A stretch of 64,000 nt of DNA from Selaginella moellendorffii (GCF_000143415.4 NW_003314297.1:1456890-1520889); one strand, 5' to 3'. Counted from the stretch's first letter, positions 14,575 to 26,537 are shown. The notes: generated from the sequence alone by a model not told the origin. A program made the numbers and translations.

Positions 14575-17500
14575 TTAATGAATCTCACCTTGAACCCGGG
14601 TTATGAATGCTCTTGCTGCATCTCTTGCATGGTCTGGCAAGGTGATGGTGGTACTCTGCTTCCGCATCCAACCATGCACAACATTATCCACCGATATGCT
14701 CATGCTGGGATCCCTTGGATTCAGCACCCATCTCTTTTCTAGGCAATCCTTCGTATATTCGGAACTTGGCTTGAACCACTCCACAGTTACATTGAAGGAG
14801 TTAGTTTCCGTGTCCTCCTCTGCATCAGTGATGCAGCGCCCCACCCATATCATTTGTTTTTTATTACTGGGTCTGACAAGCACGACCATTCCTTTGCAGA
14901 CCTGTACTGGATTGAATGCTGAATCCGGCTTCTTGTTCCTCGGCCCACAATAGTGATCCTCAACATCGTTATCTGTCACTGCATTTCTAGACGACATTGT
15001 TCCGCTACTATCTGGTGCTCTGGGTTCTGGCCAAAAGGACTCTTCCAATTCTTCATATACAACCGGCCCATTTTGGATAGCAGATATAATCTTCTCCCAG
15101 TATTCGAGCAAAGGCTTGCACCTCTGAAAATAGGATTCTCCACCAAACACCAACCCCCTCTTCCAGAAGGCAATATGCTGTCTAATCTCGGCCACTATAC
15201 TTTCCTGGTCTTTGAGTCCATCCGGGTGCATCGGCCGTGGGGAACCCTGAGGAATCATAGGTTCCCCAGTTATGGGATCTCTCTTGAAGAGTTCAATGCC
15301 GTCCACTGGCAGCCACACTGTGTCCCATTCTCTCATCTTGTACCTCATCACTGGAGCACCGTCACACATGCTGAAATGAAACTGAAGAGGCTTGGAGTGG
15401 CCAATCAGCGTTTCGGATGCGTCCCTGATGTAGCCTCTTACAAACCCCTTAAAGTCTGGAACCTCTGTCAGAAGTGCAACTTCAACAGTGCCTTTGATGC
15501 AATTTTGGAATTCATCGTAGAGTTGTGGGAGGGTGAGGACATTGGATCGCCGGAGGGATTCTGCCAGGTGACTGAACATGGCATCGACGTCTTCATGAGT
15601 GTGCCCAACCATGAGAAAGCCAAGTGTAACCGTTTCAAATATGCCTTTGGCAACAAGCATCGCCAAGTACGCGAAGACGTACATGTTTTTGTTCTCACTA
15701 CCAGCATTGTCTGTTTGGAGTAGAAGATGGGGTGGAAGGCCACATCGGCCGCAAGAACTTCCTTGAGATTCTGCTTCGTTTGGATGAGGCTGTGCATTCA
15801 CCGGGCGACCAGCCTCGTCAGAATGGCATGAGGCCTCACGTGATAACCCTACAATCTGACGGCCAACATATTCACTGGGATGGCATGGGGCCCCACGCGA
15901 TACTGCAAGCCTTTGCTCCTCCTCTAGCTGAACCCTATATGGGGTTCGATCGACAAGGGCCTTATGCAAGGGTTGGCCATTCAGCTCAGTCTGCGCACTT
16001 TGCAGAGACCTTAAGTGTTTTGCTAGGGACGCAATCATCATGTTTGCACCCCCGCCACCCCATAGAGGTACAAAGAAGTTCCCATAGTTCTGGGCACCAT
16101 GCCCATGAGCGATTATGCCAAACAGAGACACAGGCAGCTGCATGGATGAAGAGATTGCCTTGGGGGCAGGATTGAGTCGAGGTAAGCACGTCTTTTTCTG
16201 GTCCATTTTGTCGTGGATGATGCAGAGGTAAGAGTCAGGTCTCTCCATGGAGAGAATCCTGTTATGATAATATGCAGTCCTGCAGCTTCTCTGCTCGATG
16301 TTGTGGTCGAGCCGCCTTCTAACCAACGTCTCTCGCTCTTGAGCGCTGCAAGAATTCTTCGACAAAGCCATTTTGATAGCAGTGCACTCGTCACACTTTG
16401 AAAAGCTGGAGTACTTTCCTATACTCACATCCCTGAACCTGTTGCTCCACAATCTACTAAATCTAGATTGGCTCAGCTTCCTGTAGCCATTACTCTGGAG
16501 TTCCCGATTCACATCTTCCAATATGGCCCCCTTGGTATACATGGAAGGGAGAACTCGTTGGGTGTCTCGTGTTCCATCTTCCAAGAGGTGGGTTTTATGT
16601 GGTTGCTGCTCGCTACATGTCTCGACAAACCTCTTGAAGATTGCCTCTCCATATACAACATGACCCCTGGTTTTGTGCGTACCGTCGTTCCCATGGACTG
16701 CCTGTTGAACCCTTTGTTCCTCGAACTCAGTTTTGATTCTGTAGAATGTGGTTCGAGGGACTCCATAAATGATTCTCCATGCCTTCATGCAGACCAAACC
16801 CCTCTGGAAGACCATGCCCCCCACCTGATGTTCTGAAGCATCAACAGATGACCGTAATGCCTCATACACAAAATTGCAAGCTGCCTTCCAGGACAATGTC
16901 TTATATCTTGCTCTCTCCTCTTCAATAGCATCCCAATCAACATGTTGACAGCAGCTCCTTTTGCAACAAGCAACTGTCGAGACCATTCAAACCTCCATCG
17001 CCATTTTCTGCCTTTTCGGTTCGTTGCTCAGATCCCTTTGGCTGCGCTTTAGGAAGGTGTACTTTCTTTTCCCATGAAGAGATGTTCTGTCATCAGTTGT
17101 AGTGGTGTTTGATTGTGAATCCTTCACATTCTCAAACACTAAGTGCCTCAATTTCCACCGCACAATGCTTCCAATAGTCAGACTGTTTTCTTCTGTGTCA
17201 ACAACCTCTAAAATCGCAACTCCAATATCATCCCAGCCCAATTCTTGATTAGCAACCGCATCTCTTGGATCGACAACTGTGGCTAAGCCCTCAGCTACCA
17301 CCTCCCCCTCGGGGTTGTTTAGAAACACCTTCGCCTGAATCCATGTAGCACGGTTCTTAAGATCCACGGAGGGAACATGCGTCGCACTTGCGCTGTCCCC
17401 AACATCTGCTTTCTTCTGAAGATTTTTCAAGGCAACAACAACATTTACCCCGACGACCATCTCTCCTCGTTCAATAGCGACCACATTCCCATCGAAGACA

Positions 17501-17643
17501 ATCTCTACTGATACAGTAGCATTGCCTTCCCCAAGCCTTTGACAGTGTATAACAAAGTTCCAATCCATAGACACAAGGGTCCCTTTTGCAACTCTCTTCC
17601 CACCATTCAAAATGTAAACCTTTTCCCCAACCCTGAAGGCCAT
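14575..17643 (-). pseudogene. Sola1-type DDD transposase (~1,022 aa), interrupted by one in-frame TGA at 16987-16989
   Basis: The 218-aa and 803-aa ORFs are contiguous and in frame (...MEV*MVS...). Motifs: VCMKAW..YGV (HTH-like), CDEC...H, HDKMD, LQTDNAGSENKN, FLMVGHTHEDVDAMFS. A splice acceptor 'tttcag' lies just upstream of the ATG. Confidence 0.85.
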
Positions 17644-18926
17644 TCTGAAAGTGCAGAAAAGAAGTTAAGACCATACAAAAAATGATTGGAGAATGGCCTA
17701 AATCATAACATACCAAACAACCTCAATAGCATGAGGCCACATGCCATTATTCAAACATGCTATTGACACCCACGTGAAATTTTGCATTCACAAAATTGGC
17801 ATGAGGCCTCATGCCATCTTGATATACACACAGCTGCAGGCAAGTAAAAACATACATGACAATACGCTAGCCATGAAATTGCAAGGGCCCAAGATGGCAT
17901 GTGGCCTCATGCCATTTCTAAATGTGGTCCTAAGCCATTCCATGGTGAACATACCAGGAAGCACAAGTGCCGAATATCAAGAGGAAGCGGTAGCCACACC
18001 AAAGACAGTGCCGCTTGCAACACCGCAACTACTCGTAGCGCCGCTCGCAACACCGCAACTGCTCGTAGCGCCGCTCGCACAAACTGCCACTCGCATAAAC
18101 TGCCGCTCGCAATGCCGCAACCGCTCGTAGACGCATAAACCACAGCCCACAACGCCGCTTACACAAGCAGCGCTCACTGCGCTCAGCGAAACCAAGGACA
18201 CGGCGCACAAAAATGATAGACCTAGGAATGAGTTCGAGAATTCAAAAATAACACACGCTTGAATGTCACATCAAATCCTCTGACAAACCAGATCTTATGA
18301 TTCCTCTGACAAATTTCAAACTGAGTAGCTTCTAGACTTTGCTGTCGGAGGTTGAACTTTGTCACATCATGTCCTTGCCTCGATCCAGCTGTGCTATGTC
18401 AGTGATTCGAACTTTGCCATGCCATGTCAGCGATCCGCGCCAAGATTATTCGCCGTGTAAAGGAATAATTATGCTCTGTGTGTACGTCCATTTATGGCAA
18501 TATAAGGCCACACGCCATTCAAAGAATAATGCTAGTCGAGCATTTTTTGGTGCATTTTTGGGTTCAAAATTGCATGAGCCCACACGCTATAAAGTTTACC
18601 TGTACCAAAAATAGAAACAGCTTTATTTACTTGGGAATTTAAGTGGTTGAGGCATTTTTAAACTTACAAACACATGCCCTACTTACATTCCTTTGGTTGC
18701 TTAAAATTCAAAAATATTATAAACCTTTCTTTTTGCATTTTCAATGTTTTCAATTATGGTTTTTGATTTTCGCAGGACCAGCCTAGTAATCTATTTGCAT
18801 CCCGTCATGTTTATAGCTAGCTTTCATTTGTCCCCTTCGCTAGCCTGAAATACATCTGCTCGGCATCTGCCTCTTACAGCATTTGCCCAGAAAGGGCATC
18901 TTTCTTCACGCAGCATTTGCCACATG

Positions 18927-18959
18927 TTTAGGGTTTAGGGTTTAGGGTTTAGGGTTTAG
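18927..18959 (+). repeat. Interstitial plant telomeric repeat (TTTAGGG)4 + TTTAG
   Basis: Read directly from the sequence; lies between the two divergent transposon genes. Confidence 0.95.
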
Positions 18960-20555
18960 CAATTCAGTAGCTTGATAAACATGCAAATACAAAACTTGAT
19001 GCAAAATCCTTTGATATGTCACAATGCCCCTAGAAACATAAACACATTTCAATAGAGAGGGTCATTTCATTTCATAGCTCCTTACGTAAATCTTGGTGAA
19101 ACCAGAGTTAGTGAAGTTAGTTTCTTGTGATCCCGCATCTGATTGTGATGTCCCTTTGTAGTGTCGATGGAAAGGTCAATGCACACCAAACTGTAAAATC
19201 TTGGAGCAAAATAACGGTCGGATCTATGGCAAATGCCCCTGAAACATTGTAAGGCTCGTGTGGTCTCATGTGGTGTCCAATCGAGATGCTTCTTTGCAGG
19301 GTCATCAAGAAAGACATTGTATACCATTCTGTAAAATCTAGTTGCGATCTAACGGTTGGATCTCCAGAAAACTCAAAAAAATCTCGCGCGTGTTAGAATA
19401 TCCTAGGAATATACTCCTATGTGCCCCTGAAAATGGCATGCGGCCCCACGCCATTCAAGAGATAACGCCAGATGACGCCGAGAATTTTTTAGTGCATTTT
19501 TTGGGTTCAAAATTGCATGAGCCCACACGCTATAAAGTTTATCTTTCCCAAATAAAGAAAAGTTTATCTGTGTCATGTGAGGTAGTTACAGTCCTTTGTG
19601 CTCGGCATCTGCCTCTTGCAGCATTTGCACTGAAAGGGAATTTTTCTCCATTCAGCATTTGGCTCTGAAAATGGTATGCGCCCACACGCCATTCAAGGAA
19701 TAACGCCACAGGATGCCTGGATTTTTGGGTTTAAAATGTTTAGGGTTTTTTGGGTTTTTTCAAAATATTTTGGGTCCAACGTTCTTTGGTTCAAAATTGC
19801 ATGAGCCCACACGCTATAATATTGATTTGAGAGAAAAATAGAAACAGATAGAATTTCTTTATTTAGCTGAACATCTGCCATTTTTGGAAATACAAGATGC
19901 TTTGGAATATCCAATCATGCATGGTATAAATATAGCGAGGGTATTAAATGATATCCCAATCATGATCTTTCTTTTGGATTTCGCGTGCATGCAGTCCGAG
20001 GAATGATGACGTTGCGGATTTCTTTTGGATTTTGCGTGCTTGCATGCGCACGGCAATCCAGAAATTAATGGTGGCGCCCAAGTCCGAGGAATGATGACGT
20101 GGCGGGATTACCAACCGTTGTGACATTTCGCGCGTGTGAGGTTAGGTTTTGCATTTTGCTTCATACTCGCACTCGCGCTCGCGCTCGCATCACACTCGCG
20201 CTCGCACTCGCATCGCGCTCCCACTCGCGATCACGCTCACTTCTCTACAAGTTTCTCGTGTGCATCGGCGTCCACTCGCGCTTGCATCACACTCACGCTT
20301 GCATCACACTCGCGCTCGCATCGCGCTCGTGTGCATCGGCGTCCACTTCAAGACACACCTAGTTTGTAACTTCGCCGCCAACTCCGCCGCCCACTCCGCC
20401 ACCCACACGCAGCCCACTTGGCGTCCCGGGAGATTTCAGCGCCACTCTCCAACTGTAAGTGGACGAGTAGCCTTGCTGCTACGATCCGCTGCACACACAG
20501 TGCACATTCGCCAGCGAGTCCGGCCTCGATTGTCACGGCCTCCATTCGGCTTCAA

Positions 20556-23500
20556 ATGGTAAGTCTTTTAGGCCAAGTAGAAAATGGCATGAGGCCACAT
20601 GCCATTCAGTAGCAACATTGGCATGCACCGATTGGGCTCTCGAGTGCAGTCCGGTTACAGATGGCGTGTAGCCTCACGCCATCTTAGGATGCAGCCTCAA
20701 GACATCTGATGCAGTGGTGAATGGCGTGTGGCCTCACGTTATTTCCAGCTGCTAGCTTTTCATCTGTCAGCTCTAATTGTTGTGCATTTCTGAACAGGCG
20801 AGGAATTGCGTTCTTCTTCCAGCCACTGTCAATGTGGATGCAGAGAAGGGGGAGGAGCTCACCAGTTGGACTTTCGGGATGGAAGGCGAGGATCTGATGC
20901 TGTACAACACAGATGGTGGGAGAAAAGAATGCATGGGGATCCTCATCCAAGTGACAGACACTCCATGCAGTTCCATGCAAGAATATGGACTGGCACTTGT
21001 GGTAGAGACAGCATCCGCCTTCAAGATCCACCTTGCACATCCTAGCGGCTTCCCGGAGGGGGGCAGCGGCTATGAGGAATTCCTAGAGGGAGCTAGGGAG
21101 AGGTTGTCTAGGAGGCCCACAATTTCAAAGACGCTGCGGGTCTATGAAGATCACATGGAATCCACGGACCTCACCTACGGCGATGTTCAAAAACTATATT
21201 CTAACATTGAGCCGTTGAGAGTGCCTCCAGTTCGCGAAGCGAAGGGGAAGGGGGTCGATCTGGAAACTACCCCGAAGCTGAAAAGGGTGGTCAAGCTCAA
21301 GCCGACGTCCGACTCTGCTGCTCCAAAAAAGAAGCTACTCGGTGATGCCATTGCCTCGGGTTCGAACACTACACCCACCAAAAAGAAGAGCCGCAAAGAG
21401 CAGAAAGAGCAAGAAGAGGCAGCAAAAATCGTCGCAGATAATAGTACTTGTTACTATTCCAACAAAGTATATACAATCGACGTGAGCCGTATCGACATCC
21501 AAAGCAAATACAACCACAGGCTAGTATCTGATGAGTGGGTGGAGAAACTGAAGCAGAAGATGCTAGCAAGTCCAGTAACACCCGACATCGCAGACGTGAT
21601 CCCCTACTACCAAACAATGAAGGGCGAGACGAGGTTTCCAAACTTGATCAATAGGAAGGTGTTGGACGATCAGAACATCCGGTTCTATGCCGTCTCCGGG
21701 TAGCATTCTAGCTTGGCGATGCAAGAGATAGTTCTGGATATTATGGTGGGCGAGGAGGTGAAGAAAGTCTTCAAGACAAGAGTTGTCCGCCTGATAAAAG
21801 GCAACTCGCCCCTCCGATCTATCATATCCATCTCCCACGCGCAGAATGTCAAGCAAAAAACGTGCTACAAATTGGGTCTGCACAAGACATTGGCACGAAC
21901 ACGGAAGCTCTGGGTTCAACTGAAGAAGCCACAAAAACCAGGACAAGGACGTGCACTAGCAACTAGTGCCTGGCAGGTAAGCCTCGTTGCATGTGGCATA
22001 GCATGTGGCCTCACGCCATTTCCATTGCAGGAATTCTCGAGTCTTCTCTCGAAAACACTGGGGGTCAATGACACACTCAGCATCCATAACATTCTACTCG
22101 CGACAAAAGTTGTTTTTGACAAATGGGTAGATGTGCTGAGGAGGTACCATGACGGGGAGTTGTTAAACTCAATGGGTGTGGAGGACGGCCGGAAGCCCAA
22201 TGATTTGAAGCTCAACGCCTTGCGTTTCTCGCGGTCTCTAGACGACGACGACCTTCTGACAGTGGCTAATGCTCTTCTACGTGGTGAGGTAGTCTTCAAC
22301 AAGACCAAAATGACTCCCGGCCATATTGTGACATACGAGGACTTGTGCACGACTCTGAGAGCTCGTGCGCTATTGAAGGATTGGATCTTCAAGCAAGTGG
22401 CCGTGGAGAGGGTGAGCATCGACACCACGCAAGAGATGATGGAAGAGCTGGACTTGTCAAATGAAGACATCGACGAGTACGTGAAGGGGGCCCCCAAGTT
22501 CATCGATCTGCTGCGGGATGCCACGAAAAGTAAAGCTGAGAAGTTGGATCAGTATCCAAATTTCATTAAGAGGGATGTCGACCGCCGGCTTCAGAAACAG
22601 CTCGACCCCGTAGCAGAGGCCTATCGAGAACCTTACCGGGTATACGTGAATTCGGATGAGGATCAAAGGTGGAGGAGCATTGTTTCCCGTGGAGATGAGC
22701 AGGTCAAGAGCATCTTTTGTGTGATGGACTTCACAAACGAAGAGATCACTCATGCAGACGAAGTCAACTCCATCATTGACTTAATGGTGGGACTTGCGGA
22801 GGTGGAATCTTCAGTCCACTATATGATCTACGACTCCGAATCCTATCACAAGTTCTGGAAGGCCTTGAATGAGGTGAAGGCTCGGTTGAAAGGCAAGGAG
22901 ATGCGGGAGATCCATGGGATAATGGCTAAGAAGAAGATACCAACGAATGTCCGCATCTTCACACTCGCCCTTGTTATTGGTCCTGCAGCAGAGTGGGACT
23001 GGAGTGACTTCCCAGCTTCGTTCGACAAGGCTGATCAAATTGATCTGAGGGAGGTCAATTTACCCGTGCCTGAGGAACTGAAGACGGCTATGGAGCTTTC
23101 AAATCCAAAGAAAGCTCCAGGTGCAGCATGGGAAATGCTCAGCTGGGTCTTCAACGCAATAGCGGGTGACACCAAGGGCAAATGCGTTGTCGAGTACAAC
23201 TGCGGCGGACTATTCTTTCGAGCCGCACTACTCAAGGGTGTCCCGTGTGTTGCGGTGACAAACTCCATTGAAGAGGTGACTTCAATGGAGCATATAATTA
23301 CAGTTGCCAAAGAAAAACAGTATCTTCTCTGCGAACCTGGTGAGTACGCACTTTAAGTTTAAATGTTATCTCACAAGCTCTGTATGCAGGAGCGTGGCCA
23401 CCCCCAGATGCTGAAACGGCGTTAACAGCTACTGATGTTAGGCCGAGCTCACAACCTGCACAAGGTAAGGTCACGTGAGGCCTCATGCCATTTTGATTAT

Positions 23501-26119
23501 AGATCGTTGTGAATATTCAGACACGAGGACTGAAAAACGCACTGGTGGCGCGTCGAAGAAGGACAAACAGACAAGTAATAGGAAAAAAGGAGGTACAAAT
23601 TATATTTGCAATGGCGTGTGGTCTCATGCCATTCCTTGCAGGAGACACTTCTTCAAAGGCAAAACAGGCAAGCACCAGCCAAGCTCAAACTGACAGTGGT
23701 CATAAAAAGCGAAAGCACGTTGGACAGTCGTCGGGATCAGAGGCGTTTGATTCGAAAAGGAAGAAGGGCAACGAAAAGATGATAGGTAATGCCTCGCGGT
23801 TATGACGTGTGTGCTCATGCCATTCATTGCAGATCAAGGGCTGAGTGAAAGGAGCCAGTCACCACCTCCTGACTCAGATTCCTATGGCGGACTCCCCTTC
23901 CCCAATCTCAATGGAGAGGTACAATGGATGAGGGATGCTTTTCAAGTCAGGGCCACGTTTTTCTCATCTCGTCGTCTTCGAAGGGTGCAAGAACGTGCAG
24001 AAACCATGTTAAGACAGTCGGGTGAGGATACGGTCCTAGGTCAAGCACTGAAACAAGCTATGGATGTCTTGTATTTTGAGATGGAGACTCGGCCAGATGA
24101 TTTTCCCAAGATGGTCCTGGAAAAACAAGCCATCCAGCCTGAGCAGCCTATGGAAGAAATGCAGGAGGGGGATGAGGAGCCAGAGAAAGATAATGAGCAG
24201 GAAGAGCAGAAGGACGAAGAGGAGGACAAAGAAGAGGAGGACGAAGAGGACTTGGATGGTCCTCACAATGGTGACGATCACAATAATGACGATGACGATG
24301 ATGACGACGATGGCCAGCCTGAGGTGGCCAAAGAGCAGCGGAGGAAGGTCATACAAGACAAACCATCAGGTAAATAATAGTACATCCATTCCTAACCTTT
24401 TACCATTTCTAACATTGTCCATGTAGGTCGCAGAAGAAATGGTAAGTAGAGATTATTCAGTTGAATTAAGATACAAACTCTAGCCTTTAGTGTCGAGGAA
24501 GGATAGTGCCAAGCAAGGGTCGAAACGTATGTCCAATCCTTCAGAATCAGCAGTGCGCCCAATAGCAGTTGATGGTAAATACAATATAGTCGATTCAATG
24601 TGCTAATGAGTTTGTTTTTAGTAGCCAGTAGGGAGGATACCATCTCAATCGAAGGGAGATATTTGGACATGCATATGGATCCGCCAGTGGACTCTACTTG
24701 CCTGCAAGAGTCATCAGAGCTGGTGGAGGCTATTATCCATATCAACGCCAAGCAAGCTGACCACGCTCCACTTGATGCTGCCCATACCACTGAGTCAATC
24801 TTGTCCACGTATCCAACTGACGGTGACCAGGCGCCATTGGACCCGCATAAGGCCGCCCCAGCCGCCGAGCCGGTCGTATCCTCATTTCCAACGGACTCAA
24901 CGTGTGCCCAATCGTCTGACTACGCGCCGTTGGAACCTCCTTACACCGCCCCTGCTGCCTGTTCGGTCATGTCCACTTTGCCAACGGAGGCACCAGCTGA
25001 AATGGCGTGTGATCACACGCCATCAGAACCACCCCATGCCACTGTTGAGCCAGTTGTACCAGAGTCTATAGCTGAAATGGCATGTGCCCACACGCCATCG
25101 GATGCGATTGACCCCACATTGCAGAGGAGAGTATTTCCGCCCTTCACGTTTCCTCGACCAAAACCCTCTGAACGACCATCGGGAGCACCATTCGCTAATA
25201 TTGTAGATGGTAAAATTGACTTGTACCATTTTTTATGCTGACGCATTTCATTTCAGAGTCACAGCGAAAGTACTGTATCGTTTTTGATCTGAACGGTGTC
25301 CTTTTCTCCCATGAGCGTGGCTCGTCCTCGAATGTCACTGCACCCTCCAAAGCCTGCGGTCGCAAGTTGGTCAAAAGAGACAGATTCACATTAATCACAC
25401 GGGAGAAACTGCGGGATCTAATAATAACCATGCGACACTTAAAACAAAGGGCCGGGTTCAATTTGCAATTGGGAGTTTGGACATCCATGATGCGCCACAA
25501 TGCATTAACGTTGCTACAGATGATGCACGATCAGACGCGAGTAATATTACCATTTGACTTTCTCCTAACGTAGGAGGATTGCTTGACTATGGTCCATGTG
25601 AGGGGTAGCAAGCCCATCTTCGTCAAGCCAGAGGCTGTAATGATGAACCGGACTGCTAGGTCAAGTGAAATCCTCATCATCGATGACTCGCCGATTAAAA
25701 CTGCAGCGAACATGCATACATATGCAGTGCACCCCATCTCTTGCAGTATGGAAACTAGGGAGAAGAAACCGTATGTTCTGGGGGACCTTGCAAAACGGCT
25801 TGAAGCGATGGTGATAGAGAACCGGCCAGTCCAGGAGGTGGCTGCAGAAATCAACCAAATGGCAGATGGAACGGTATATCAGAAGCCATTTGATCGGACA
25901 GACACTAGTCATCATTTATGGCATGTATATTGTCTAGCCAAGCACTATCCGCATCTCCATAATCTGCTCAACCGAATGGGTTCTTCGACCACTAAACATG
26001 AGCGTGGACGTATTAGAGAAGAGATGGCATTACTATTGGGTTTAAATCCTGATAGTGTGGAGAGTGATGAAATTCCAAGATTATTGTATAGGCGTTGGAG
26101 GCAAAAAATAACAGTCTGA
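20556..26119 (+). pseudogene. Transposon cargo gene, 11 exons, ~1,622 aa: ParB/Srx-like + degenerate N6/N4-MTase-like + acidic linker + FCP1/NIF-type HAD phosphatase; two TAG stops
   Basis: GT-AG exon model: 20556-58, 20798-21976, 22031-23339, 23390-464, 23521-592, 23642-785, 23833-24369, 24427-441, 24491-574, 24622-25209, 25257-26119. Total 4,869 nt in one frame, with stops at 21701-03 (VSG*HS) and 25571-73 (LT*ED). HAD motifs IVFDLNGVLF, LGVWTSM, ILIIDDSPIK. Confidence 0.8.
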
Positions 26120-26537
26120 GATGGCATGTATTTATTTAAAAATGTAACTTATTATGGCATGGGGTTCCATGCCATTATATTAATATTAAAAGACAATTCT
26201 TTGAGAGGATTTGCATTATACTAGAAGTGTTACAGCATGTTATTGGAAGTCTACGAAGTTGTTTTATTAATAAGGGGAAAGTAAAGATTGAATGGGGACT
26301 TGGGCTCCACCTAGACTCGGAGCAACTAAGCCAATATTAAAAGGATGGAAAGAAATTGGACGACAATGACAAGGAGAAGAGAGAGGTGAAGCAGTGGCAA
26401 GGGGAGGAGAAGTGATTGAGTAGACATTTCCTTGTTTAAAATAAAATGGCATGTGCCTCAATGCAGTTGAATTTTGTTATATTTATATACTATATAAAGG
26501 TTTGGAAACCTTATTTTACAAGTGGGATAATGACAAT

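Larger units (their letters stand above)
13592..26467. repeat. Dispersed 22-bp palindrome family ATGGCRTGNGGCCNCAYGCCAT (~25 copies), confined to the DNA transposon
   Basis: Copies start at 13592, 13911, 14000, 15823, 15880, 17726, 17796, 17894, 18494, 18569, 19433, 19512, 19671, 19796, 20584, 20661, 20721, 21998, 23470, 23611, 23802, 25002, 25077, 26154 and 26446, plus a half-site near 14410. Confidence 0.92.

Noticed and set aside
14953-16836. Plus-strand ORFs (256, 147 and 122 aa) and similar antisense ORFs over the cargo, LINE and ALDH genes
   Set aside because: Shadow frames antisense to better-supported coding sequences.
13592-26467. Palindrome series as a CRISPR-like repeat-spacer array
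   Set aside because: Spacing is irregular (about 60 bp to over 1.8 kb) and copies lie in exons and introns.
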